Assembly (NCBI GenBank): GCA_002335495.1
Contig: DDBW01000006.1
Location: forward strand, 72-64,071
Length of the DNA stretch: 64,000 bases
Origin: Candidatus Dojkabacteria bacterium UBA2022
Lineage (GTDB): Bacteria > Patescibacteriota > Dojkabacteria > SC72
Direction: 5' to 3'
Positions 1-8,053 of the stretch are shown piece after piece. Positions within the stretch are counted from its first letter, which is position 1, and every line of letters starts with the position of its first letter. Position numbers and translations under genes: made by a program. The notes under the pieces are model-generated. The model did not search any database. It was not told the origin of the DNA and worked only from the letters and a program-made list of their open reading frames with translations.

Positions 1-745
1 TGTTTTCCACCCCGATGTACAAATCGTACTTATCACCCCAGCGCTTGCTGATCTGCGCATTGGCCAGGAAGTAATCCGGCGAGCGCTCCAATGCCCGGTA
101 CTGCGCCGGATTGGAGGCCGTGGACGGAATGCGCCGAGCGCCCTGCCAATTGAGCGTGAAGTCGAAATGCCAGCCGCTTTTGGTTTCGTAGGCAGTATTG
201 AGAAAAGCCCGGTGCCGAGATAAGAGCGGGCGTTCCAGCAAGCCGGGCGCAAAGGTGGTGCGGGCGTCGTTGAAACGGTAGGCCAATCGCAGGTCCCAGC
301 CCGCCAGCAAATCCACATCCAACTGAGCCATAGCGCTGTTGGAAAACGAGCGCCCGTCCAAGTTGCCGATGTGCAGTTCCTGCGGACCTTTGTCGAAATC
401 AACCACCACCTGATTCACAAAATTGGTGTGATACACGCCGGCCGTGAAAGTAGCCGCGCGGTGGTTTATTTCAAAGCCTTGCGTGAAGTTGAGACCGAAA
501 TTCCAGGCTATTTCCGGGCGCAGGCCATAGGGAAGCCCTTCGGCATCGCCATGCAAAACGATGTTGCGATTGGAGGCCCAGATACCGATGTTTTCAGCCC
601 AGACGGAGGCGGTGCGCTGCCCTCTGGCTGCCGAGATGCGAAAGACCGTCAGATCGCGGGGCGTGTAGGAAACGTGCAGGCGCGGCGTAAAAAACAGCCC
701 GTAGTTGTTGTGGTAGTCGGCGCGAATGCCTGCCACGGCCGTCAA
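1..745 (-). CDS. TonB-dependent-receptor-like outer-membrane beta-barrel, C-terminal fragment (partial at both ends; high-GC, probably foreign to the rest of the window)
   Basis: Minus-strand frame is open from about nt 772 to the window edge. Own translation ends ...NFGLNFTQGFEINHRAATFTAGVYHTNF...RLAYRFNDARTTFAPG...SGWHFDFTLNWQGARRIPSTASNPAQYRALERSPDYFLANAQISKRWGDKYDLYIGVEN, barrel-like with a TBDR-type terminus. GC about 60% versus about 36% downstream. The + ORF 371..1084 in this span is the antisense of it. Confidence 0.55.
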   Translation of the reverse strand, partial: MTAVAGIRADYHNNYGLFFTPRLHVSYTPRDLTVFRISAARGQRTASVWAENIGIWASNRNIVLHGDAEGLPYGLRPEIAWNFGLNFTQGFEINHRAATFTAGVYHTNFVNQVVVDFDKGPQELHIGNLDGRSFSNSAMAQLDVDLLAGWDLRLAYRFNDARTTFAPGLLERPLLSRHRAFLNTAYETKSGWHFDFTLNWQGARRIPSTASNPAQYRALERSPDYFLANAQISKRWGDKYDLYIGVEN

Positions 746-1084
746 CTTGAGAATGAGGAAATCCTGGCTTTATACCAGCACGCTAAAGCTCTGCTCTTTT
801 GTGGTATTGAGGATTTTGGATTAGTTCCCGTTGAGGCCATGGCTACCGGTACTCCAGTACTTGCTTTAAAGGCAGGGGGGCTTTTGGAAACGGTTGAAGA
901 GGGTAAGTCTGGGTTCTTTTTTGAGACCATTGATGAACTTTCTGGAATTATTCAAGACGAGAGGGTGCGAAAGATTAATCCTAAATGGTGTATAATGAGA
1001 GCACGAAACTTTACTCAGCAGAAATTTAAGAAACAGATATATAGTTACATAGAAAAGGTTTATGAAGAAGAAAAACGGTATTAA
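746..1084 (+). pseudogene. GT4 glycosyltransferase, C-terminal ~110 aa only (N-terminal catalytic half missing at the compositional junction)
   Basis: Low-GC part of ORF 371..1084 reads ENEEILALYQHAKALLFCGIEDFGLVPVEAMATGTPVLALKAGGLLETVEEGKSGFFFE, the EX7E/GT-B C-terminal motif region. The upstream 125 aa are nonsense read from the antisense of the high-GC gene. Confidence 0.55.
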
Positions 1085-2225
1085 AGTTGCGATTGTCGCC
1101 GATTCCTTAATTGCTTCAGGAGGAGCTGAGAGGGTTATAGATGAAATTCTTCTTGAATATCCTAACGCTACCATTTACACCTCTATTGCAGATTCTAATG
1201 TTATAAAAAGTCATTTCCCAAATAATAGAGTTGTGAAGTCTTTTATACATTATCTTCCATTTGAAAAGCACCTAAGAAAAGAACTATACCTTCTATACCC
1301 CTGGGCATATCGAGCTTTCTCTTTTCTTGGCTTTGATGTAGTGATTTCTGTATCCTCTGCTTTTGGTAAATTTGTAAGACCATGGAGTAGAAAGACGAAG
1401 CACATTCTATACTGTTTAACTCCTCCAAAATTCTTTTGGATGAAAGAGGGAAGGACTATAAAGGATCAGCAAAGGGCGTCTTTTAAATTCTACTCTTTCT
1501 TCATGGATACTTTCCTTGAGAAAATATGGCAGTACTGGGATCGTAAAGCTGCTAGGAAGGCAGATAAAGTATATTCAATTTCAAATGAAGTTCGAGATCG
1601 TATTCAGAAATTCTATGGAATTGATACTGAAGTTGTGTATCCACCTGTTAAAGTTAGTGAAATCAAGTTTAGGAAGGATAATGATGATAGAGAGAATTGG
1701 TTTCTCTATCTAGGAAGAGTTGAAAGGTATAAAGGGGTTCATCTCGCAATTGCTGCAGCTGCGCATGCGAAAGTCCCTTTAAAGGTTGCTGGTACAGGTT
1801 CCCAGATGGAAGATATGAAAAATCTTGTTACAGAGCTTAACGCCAAAGGATACGTTAAATTCCTAGGTGCACCTACGGATGAACAGAAATATGAACTTTT
1901 AAGAAAGTGTAAGGCTTTAATCTTTCCCGTTAGAGAAGAAGATTTCGGTATTGTCGCTGTTGAAGGAAATGCCGCAGGAGCTCCTGTTATAGCTTTCAAA
2001 AGCGGAGGGACTCTTGAAACTATATCAGAGGTTAACCCTAAAACAGGAGTTTTCTTTAAAGAGTGGAATGCCCTTGATCTAGCCCAAGTGCTTGAGGATT
2101 TTGATCCGGATCAGTATGATCCTTTTAATTGTAGAAAACAGGCTGAGCAATTTTCAGCAGAGCTTTTCAGATATAAATTAAAGCATATTGTTAACGATGT
2201 ACTCATTTCTAAAAAGAGCGCTTGA
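1062..2225 (+). CDS. GT4-family glycosyltransferase
   Basis: 387 aa. C-terminal EDFGIVAVEGNAAGAPVIAFKSGGTLETI motif and GT-B architecture. Confidence 0.85.
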   Translation: MKKKNGIKVAIVADSLIASGGAERVIDEILLEYPNATIYTSIADSNVIKSHFPNNRVVKSFIHYLPFEKHLRKELYLLYPWAYRAFSFLGFDVVISVSSAFGKFVRPWSRKTKHILYCLTPPKFFWMKEGRTIKDQQRASFKFYSFFMDTFLEKIWQYWDRKAARKADKVYSISNEVRDRIQKFYGIDTEVVYPPVKVSEIKFRKDNDDRENWFLYLGRVERYKGVHLAIAAAAHAKVPLKVAGTGSQMEDMKNLVTELNAKGYVKFLGAPTDEQKYELLRKCKALIFPVREEDFGIVAVEGNAAGAPVIAFKSGGTLETISEVNPKTGVFFKEWNALDLAQVLEDFDPDQYDPFNCRKQAEQFSAELFRYKLKHIVNDVLISKKSA

Positions 2226-2844
2226 TCTCACAGTCGCTACTTTCGCAATTGTTTTCTTTTCCCCAGTTTTAATATTATTTGCTCTCCTTATTAAATTCGA
2301 TGGGACGGGTGGTCCAATCTTTGTTGATATATCAACAAGAGTAGGGAAGGGTATGAAGAACTTCTATATGTATAAATTTAGATCAATGGTGCCTGGTGCA
2401 CACATTGATTTCTGGGAAAAGCACCCTGAGCTTAAAGAACTTGAAAAAGAATGGAAAAAGATTGGTAAACTGCCGATTGATCAGGATCCTCGTATTACTT
2501 GGGTTGGTAGAATCATCCGTAAGACGGATCTAGATGAGCTTCCTCAGTTGTTTAATGTATTCAAGGGTGAAATGAGTATAGTTGGGCCAAGAGCTCCATA
2601 CCCTGAGGAGTTGGAAAGGTATATGGATGAGTATCCTGAGATTAAAAAAGATGTAGAGAGAACCTTTCAGGTTAAACCTGGTTTAACAGGGGTATGGCAA
2701 GTCTCTGGTAGGAATGCAATTACAATACCCCAACGTTATAAAATGGAGGGTGATTATGCTGACCGTAGAAATGTGCTTGAAGATATCGCTGTTATTATAC
2801 AAACGCCTATCGCTATGATTACCCGTAGGGGTGCAGTAGAATAG
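2188..2844 (+). CDS. Polyprenyl-phosphate sugar phosphotransferase (small bacterial sugar transferase, WbaP/WcaJ C-terminal-domain type)
   Basis: N-terminal TM helix, KFRSM motif and DELPQLFNVFKGEMSIVGPRAPYP signature. Confidence 0.85.
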   Translation: MLTMYSFLKRALDLTVATFAIVFFSPVLILFALLIKFDGTGGPIFVDISTRVGKGMKNFYMYKFRSMVPGAHIDFWEKHPELKELEKEWKKIGKLPIDQDPRITWVGRIIRKTDLDELPQLFNVFKGEMSIVGPRAPYPEELERYMDEYPEIKKDVERTFQVKPGLTGVWQVSGRNAITIPQRYKMEGDYADRRNVLEDIAVIIQTPIAMITRRGAVE

Positions 2845-2847
2845 GGG

Positions 2848-3480
2848 ATGAGGACGCATAGAGATCAGGTTATAATTCTAAAATCCAAAAACTACTCAGA
2901 AGCTGATAAGATTCTTACGGTTTTCGGGAAAGAGTTCGGTAAATTCTCACTACTGGCGAAAGGAGTTCGCAGGCTGACTAGTAAAAATCGCGGAAATATT
3001 CAGACTCTTTCTATTGTTGATATCTCTTTTTATAAAGCGCAAGGAATTCCTCTCCTCCTTGAAACGAGTGTTGTTCATATTCCTGACTTTACAAATTTTG
3101 ATGTTAAAAACTCAGAAAGGGTACTTCACTTGGTGAGTAAATTGATTCCGGAAGAGCAGAAATATTCAAAGGTATTTGATGCTTTAAGATCTGCTATCCA
3201 AAAGGGGCTTATAGATGAGTATACGAGTCGTTTTAGAATGCTTTTGCTTATGGAAGAGGGATTGATGGATAATCTGAAAGCGTGTAGTGAATGCGGTGGT
3301 ATGAGTGAAAAACGTTACATACAGCTATCAAACTTTGTGTTGCTCTGCGAAAATTGTTATATTAATAAAGGGCTGATTGAGAAAGATTTTATGGTGGTGG
3401 ATAGTAGTTTATACAGCGATCTAAGGTTTGTAAGTGCTCTTGATCAGTATATAAATAACCTGCTTATAAATATATTGTAG
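2848..3480 (+). CDS. recO: DNA repair protein RecO
   Basis: N-terminal OB-fold-like region (VIILKSKNYSEADKILTVFGKEFGK) plus C-terminal Cys4 zinc motif (CSECGG...CENC). 210 aa. Confidence 0.75.
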   Translation: MRTHRDQVIILKSKNYSEADKILTVFGKEFGKFSLLAKGVRRLTSKNRGNIQTLSIVDISFYKAQGIPLLLETSVVHIPDFTNFDVKNSERVLHLVSKLIPEEQKYSKVFDALRSAIQKGLIDEYTSRFRMLLLMEEGLMDNLKACSECGGMSEKRYIQLSNFVLLCENCYINKGLIEKDFMVVDSSLYSDLRFVSALDQYINNLLINIL

Positions 3481-3483
3481 TTT

Positions 3484-5313
3484 GTGAAAAATTTAACTGC
3501 CTTTACAATTGCAATTCTTCTGTCGTTTCTATATTTTCTTGGATACCATCCTGTTAATGCTGGAGATGTGAAAGCGGTAGTTGATACCGATGTCCTAGCC
3601 TTTATAGATATAGATCCTTTCTCGACGGTCGAGATCGATGAATCTAACGTTGAAGTTGGGCTTTGGAGGGATATTCGCGTTAGGATTACGGATCGTTTTG
3701 GTGATCCTTTGCAGGGGCGTGAGATCTCTTTTTTTGCTGATCCTCCTGGCTCTGCTGAGTTTGAACAACCGCCTGTTACCGATTCTGATGGATGGGCAAA
3801 TGGAAAGTTTAGATCTTTGACTCCGGGAGTTTTTGCTATAAAAGCGAAGGATTCTACATATCCAATTGATATATTTGTTCAACAAAGTGCTTCTGCATAT
3901 GTCTTTCCGATTCCTACCCCTACATTAAAATCCGAACCTTACTACACAAAGGGGACCTCCAATACTGTTGAATGGAATGCTGTTACTGGACTTGATTCCG
4001 ATTACTCGTATGAGGTTCAGGCGGGGCTTGATTCCAGTTTCGGAAGTGTTGTTGCTAGCTCCCCTTTGCTTGAAACTCTAAGCTATACATTTAATGGCCT
4101 CCAAGATGGGAAAATGTACTTTTACCGCGTTAGGAGTGTTAACTCTGGAGGAGGAGTTAGTTCGTGGTCAGAAGTTACTTTCAGCGTGCAAGATGGAACT
4201 GCTCCTAAAATAGTGAAGACGGAATCTCCTAAAGTTGAGAAGATTGGTAATGTACTTAACGTGACTTTTAAATTCACCGCTTCCGATTCCCTATCTCTCA
4301 AAAAAGTATGGTTGTATTGTAATGATAGTAATGGTTTAAGGGAGTGTGGAGCTCTGCAGAACACCGGAAGTTTGTATAGTGCAAGTATTCCTCTTACAGA
4401 TCTTGAGAGAGGTATATTTCAGAATTATAAACCTGAGTATAGTTTCTGTGTGAAGGCGGATGATGAGGCGGGTAACTCAAGTGAAAATTGTGACTTTAAA
4501 GTTGTATTGAAGGATTACATTGATGATGATGTTGATATCCCTGTCTATACTGAAGTTATCAATTATGTCTTTAGAAATGTTAACGAAACGCTAGACTCCA
4601 TTGATACTTTTGTGGCAGGGTATTTTTCTAGTCTCAAGGCTTTAACTTTAACAATGCTTGGTTTTCTTCTCCTAATTCTATCTGCGGTAATATCTTTATT
4701 TGCTGTGTTGGGTAGCTTAACTCTGGTACCGGTTATCATACGTTCTACAGTAACGAGGTTTTCAAGAGTGATTGGGCTAATTAAGCACGGTGCTCCAGTT
4801 GGGGTTGTTTATGATGCTGAAAGCAAAAAGCCTCTGAGGTTTGCAGAGGTGTCTATTTTTGATAATAACAATGTTTTGGTAAGAAGAGATTTTACTAATA
4901 GCAAAGGGGAGTTTACTGCTAATTTGGATATTGGTAGATATAGGGTTTTGGTTGATAGAAAGGGGTATATTTTCCCAAGTTTGATTGTAAGAAAGAGTGA
5001 GGATGAGAATTATAAGCGGGTGTATAGGGGAGAAACGATTATTGTCTCAAAGAGAAACCCAATGTTTATATCTATTCCATTAGATCCTAAGAATATGATG
5101 GGATACGAAGTGAAGAGTATATATAGAAAGCAACGTTTGGTGCATTTCCTTAAGCATCTCAATGTTCTGATTACTGTCGTTGGTTTGTTAATTGCTTTCT
5201 ATGCTTTTGAAAGAAATGTGACTTGGTTCAACCTTATTTTATTGCTTCTGTATATTCCTGTTTTTGGAATTTATCTTAAAGCCGTAGTCAAATTGAATAT
5301 AGGGTTGAAGTAG
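3484..5313 (+). CDS. Large cell-surface protein with signal peptide, FN3/Ig-like repeats, a CarboxypepD_reg-like domain and C-terminal TM helices
   Basis: GTG start. Signal peptide; FYRVRSVNSGGGVSSWSEV FN3-like strand; VYDAESKKPLRFAEVSIFDNNNVLVRRDFTNSKGEF; hydrophobic C-terminus. Confidence 0.55.
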   Translation: MKNLTAFTIAILLSFLYFLGYHPVNAGDVKAVVDTDVLAFIDIDPFSTVEIDESNVEVGLWRDIRVRITDRFGDPLQGREISFFADPPGSAEFEQPPVTDSDGWANGKFRSLTPGVFAIKAKDSTYPIDIFVQQSASAYVFPIPTPTLKSEPYYTKGTSNTVEWNAVTGLDSDYSYEVQAGLDSSFGSVVASSPLLETLSYTFNGLQDGKMYFYRVRSVNSGGGVSSWSEVTFSVQDGTAPKIVKTESPKVEKIGNVLNVTFKFTASDSLSLKKVWLYCNDSNGLRECGALQNTGSLYSASIPLTDLERGIFQNYKPEYSFCVKADDEAGNSSENCDFKVVLKDYIDDDVDIPVYTEVINYVFRNVNETLDSIDTFVAGYFSSLKALTLTMLGFLLLILSAVISLFAVLGSLTLVPVIIRSTVTRFSRVIGLIKHGAPVGVVYDAESKKPLRFAEVSIFDNNNVLVRRDFTNSKGEFTANLDIGRYRVLVDRKGYIFPSLIVRKSEDENYKRVYRGETIIVSKRNPMFISIPLDPKNMMGYEVKSIYRKQRLVHFLKHLNVLITVVGLLIAFYAFERNVTWFNLILLLLYIPVFGIYLKAVVKLNIGLK

Positions 5314-5367
5314 TAATATATTGAAAAAATATTATTATATTGATATCATCTACAGATTTACAGCCGT

Positions 5368-5443
5368 GGATGTGTAGCTCAACTGGTAGAGCAAGCGGCT
5401 CTTAACCGTTAGGTTCAGGGTTCGAGTCCCTGCACATCCACCA
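5368..5443 (+). tRNA. tRNA-Lys (anticodon CTT), CCA encoded
   Basis: Cloverleaf folded by hand: acceptor GGATGTG/CACATCC, anticodon stem AGCGG/CCGTT, loop CTCTTAA, T-arm CAGGG-TTCGAGT-CCCTG, 3' ACCA. Confidence 0.9.
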
Positions 5444-5527
5444 TTCTCATATTGACCTCATCTTATTTTATAAAATGCAAAGAGACCCTTACAGGCCTCT
5501 TCACATTTATATACTTTGTAACCTTAG

Positions 5528-5974
5528 TTACTTAGTAATCTTTATCTCTTTTGCTTTTACTTCCTCAGCCTTTGGCATTTTTATTGTAAGAACCCCGTTC
5601 TCCATCTTAGCCTCTGCCTTATCTGAATCTATCTTGCACGGAAGATTAAATCTCTGTTCGTATGATGATTCCATACTTCTATAGAAATACTTCTTTTTAT
5701 CATCACTCTTTTCTTCCTCTTTAGATGATGCAGATATTGTAAGGACTTCGTTGTCCAAGGATATTTTTACATCCTCCTCTTTAATTCCTGGAAGGGCCAT
5801 TTTAACGAATACCTCATTTCCTTCCTCCCACATATCAGCACTGAGGCTTTTTGATACAGATGGGGTTAGGGTGAAGAAGTCATCAAATGGAGATGTGAAA
5901 AAATCATCCATTATTGACCTGAATGGCCTGTAGATGACTCTGTTATCGTCGTTATTTCTTTTGATTATTTGCAT
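5528..5974 (-). CDS. Hsp20/alpha-crystallin small heat-shock protein
   Basis: 148 aa, alpha-crystallin domain (MALPGIKEEDVKISLDNEVLTI...GVLTIKMPK). Confidence 0.85.
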   Translation of the reverse strand: MQIIKRNNDDNRVIYRPFRSIMDDFFTSPFDDFFTLTPSVSKSLSADMWEEGNEVFVKMALPGIKEEDVKISLDNEVLTISASSKEEEKSDDKKKYFYRSMESSYEQRFNLPCKIDSDKAEAKMENGVLTIKMPKAEEVKAKEIKITK

Positions 5975-6016
5975 TGTATTTAAAAATGATAAATTAAATA
6001 CCGAAGGGATTACCTT

Positions 6017-6043
6017 CTAGCAAAGTATAGCTCCGAGTGCTAA
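6017..6043. promoter_or_regulatory. CIRCE-like inverted repeat (candidate HrcA operator) upstream of hsp20
   Basis: CTAGCAAAG-N9-GAGTGCTAA versus consensus TTAGCACTC-N9-GAGTGCTAA. Right half is perfect, left half 6/9, spacing exact. Lies 43 nt upstream of the hsp20 start. Confidence 0.45.
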
Positions 6044-6060
6044 TTTCTGTCAAGATGGAC

Positions 6061-7005
6061 TCAGAAGTTAAGGATTAACTCTGAGGTTATATAGACTGCA
6101 TATATAAAAAGGAGAATATAACCTTCTTTTCTGGTTATAGTCCTATCATTGATTACCATGAGGGAGAACATGAATATTGTGATTGATAGTAGAATTAAAG
6201 CGGGGATTAAGCTTGTGAAGTTAACAAGCGTAGTTGGTCGTATTAGGATAAGTAGTCCAAGCACCGCTGAGTTAAAGGTTGCACTGCCAATGAAGTTTCC
6301 TGCTGCCAGTTTACCCATATCACCATTCTTACTTCTAAGCATAATTACGATTTCTGGAAGGTTTGTTCCAATTCCCAGTACGAGCAATCCTATTATCAAA
6401 GGTGGGGTATTTAAGGCTTCTGCAAGTCCTAGGGCGGTTGAAACGGTTAGGTTTGCGCTAAGGATCAGTCCTGCTATTCCAAGAATTGATTTGATTAGAA
6501 GGGTGGATAGCTTTCTGTTGCTATGATTATTAGTAATTTCCCATACTTTACTCTTTGCGATTATATATACGACGAAGCCGGAGTACAGAGCGAGGAGGAA
6601 TATTCCTTCCATCCAGTCCATCCTACCGTCAATGAGTACAAGTATCTGTGCATAGATAATTGCTAAGGAGAATAGTACCTCTTTAGTACTATACATCCCT
6701 TTAAAAGGTAGCGATTTATTCTTGATTGCGCTTATCCCTATAACAAGGGTGAGTAGTATTATGGTTGCTCCCACAATATTTCCTACGGATAATCCCGAGT
6801 ATCCGCTTGAAGCTGCATTGATTGCTACGAAGGTTTCTGGAAGGGAAGAGGTCATTGCAAGAATTACAAAACCTATAAGGAAGGTGTTAACTCCAAGTCT
6901 TCGTGATATCCCAACGAAAGATGACTCTATAAGATCTGCTGATTTAACCAGAAGAAATATTAATACAAGAAGTGATCCTATTGTGGGCAGTATATCCATG
7001 TTCAA
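6061..7005 (-). CDS. Ca2+/Na+ (CaCA/YrbG-type) antiporter
   Basis: 314 aa polytopic. Two alpha-repeat regions: GNIVGATIILLTLVIGISAI and GTNLPEIVIML...GNFIGSATFN. Confidence 0.8.
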   Translation of the reverse strand: MNMDILPTIGSLLVLIFLLVKSADLIESSFVGISRRLGVNTFLIGFVILAMTSSLPETFVAINAASSGYSGLSVGNIVGATIILLTLVIGISAIKNKSLPFKGMYSTKEVLFSLAIIYAQILVLIDGRMDWMEGIFLLALYSGFVVYIIAKSKVWEITNNHSNRKLSTLLIKSILGIAGLILSANLTVSTALGLAEALNTPPLIIGLLVLGIGTNLPEIVIMLRSKNGDMGKLAAGNFIGSATFNSAVLGLLILIRPTTLVNFTSLIPALILLSITIFMFSLMVINDRTITRKEGYILLFIYAVYITSELILNF

Positions 7006-7057
7006 TAGTGTAGCATATGTTTATAAAATATTCAGAATATCCTTATTACCCGTGTTA

Positions 7058-7504
7058 TTAGTTGATTTCAATCCAACTATACCCTCCCTCTTTTTCATAT
7101 AGTTCCTGGTTAAAGAACTTCATTTGAACAGGGGTTATTTCATATACGACTCTTCCTATGCTCTTGATTATCTCCTTTGCATTATACTTTGAAGGATCTT
7201 TTGTGAATTGAGAAATAAACCAGATTACCTTTTTAAGATCCGTAACCTTCTTTGCTTCTCCCCATGCTTGAATAGCTTTCTTTTTATCTGCAGGGGTTTG
7301 ATGTGTATCAGTTATTGTAAAGGCAACTTTGCTGTTCTCTTCAATCTGTTTTACGTGTATGGTTTCTGGACCCGAGAGGAAGTAGAAGTGAAGGTCTTTG
7401 TCTACAACATAATATACGTTACATAACCATGGGTGATCACTGTCGCTTGTTCCTAACGACATTATCTTATTTTTGTCTAAAAAGTCTTTTATTTCCTTCT
7501 GCAT
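7058..7504 (-). CDS. Pyridoxamine-5'-phosphate-oxidase-like FMN-binding split-barrel protein
   Basis: 148 aa; MSLGTSDSDHPWLCNVYYVVD...FYFLSGPETIHVKQI pattern of PNPOx-like family. Confidence 0.45.
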   Translation of the reverse strand: MQKEIKDFLDKNKIMSLGTSDSDHPWLCNVYYVVDKDLHFYFLSGPETIHVKQIEENSKVAFTITDTHQTPADKKKAIQAWGEAKKVTDLKKVIWFISQFTKDPSKYNAKEIIKSIGRVVYEITPVQMKFFNQELYEKEGGYSWIEIN

Positions 7505-7555
7505 ATATTTTCTATATGAATTATTTTTTGAATTATATCAAATGTTATTTAATAT

Positions 7556-8053
7556 ATGGTAAATTGGGGTAGGGATAATTTAAAATTTACGATTATGAAA
7601 AAGAGTACAATTATCTATATATTAATAGCTTTGATTGTTGTAGTAGGTGGAGTTGCCTTGTATATATATTTGAAAAATGGTGATGATGGGTCTTCCGGGG
7701 ATTCTTCCAATAATGGGGGGAATGTCCCTTCCGATAACGATGGAATTAAGGATGATGGTAGGGATTATGCTACATACAAATCAGTTGAGAAAGATGGCTT
7801 TAAGCTGGAATATAAATATGTAGGGGAGAGTACTTGGGATTATAGAATTACAGGGTCTTTGCCAAATCCTTGTTATGATGTAAAGGTGGATTCTTTAGTT
7901 AGAGAGAGCTATCCTGAACAGGTTGTATTCAATTTAACGGTTGTTGGACCAAAGAAGGATGTAGTGTGTGCACAGGTTATTAAGGAATACTCATACAGAG
8001 GAGTGTTTAATGCAAGTGAGAAGGCGAGTGTGGAGATGAATGTTGTAAATTAG
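7556..8053 (+). CDS. Hypothetical membrane-anchored protein with G/S/D-rich linker
   Basis: ORF; TM helix IIYILIALIVVVGGVALYIYL; low-complexity GDDGSSGDSSNNGG. Confidence 0.4.
   Translation: MVNWGRDNLKFTIMKKSTIIYILIALIVVVGGVALYIYLKNGDDGSSGDSSNNGGNVPSDNDGIKDDGRDYATYKSVEKDGFKLEYKYVGESTWDYRITGSLPNPCYDVKVDSLVRESYPEQVVFNLTVVGPKKDVVCAQVIKEYSYRGVFNASEKASVEMNVVN

Noticed and set aside
371-1084. Track ORF encoding a 237-aa protein
   Set aside because: First ~125 aa are a fortuitously open antisense frame across the high-GC TBDR fragment. Only the last ~110 aa (GT4 C-terminus) look like real coding sequence.
742-1174. Minus-strand ORFs 742..930 and 866..1174
   Set aside because: Antisense to the GT4 coding sequence; low-complexity translations.
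3595-4364. Internal ORFs inside the surface-protein gene (3595..3885 -, 3638..3820 +, 4122..4364 -)
   Set aside because: Embedded in a long confidently coding frame; no independent signals.
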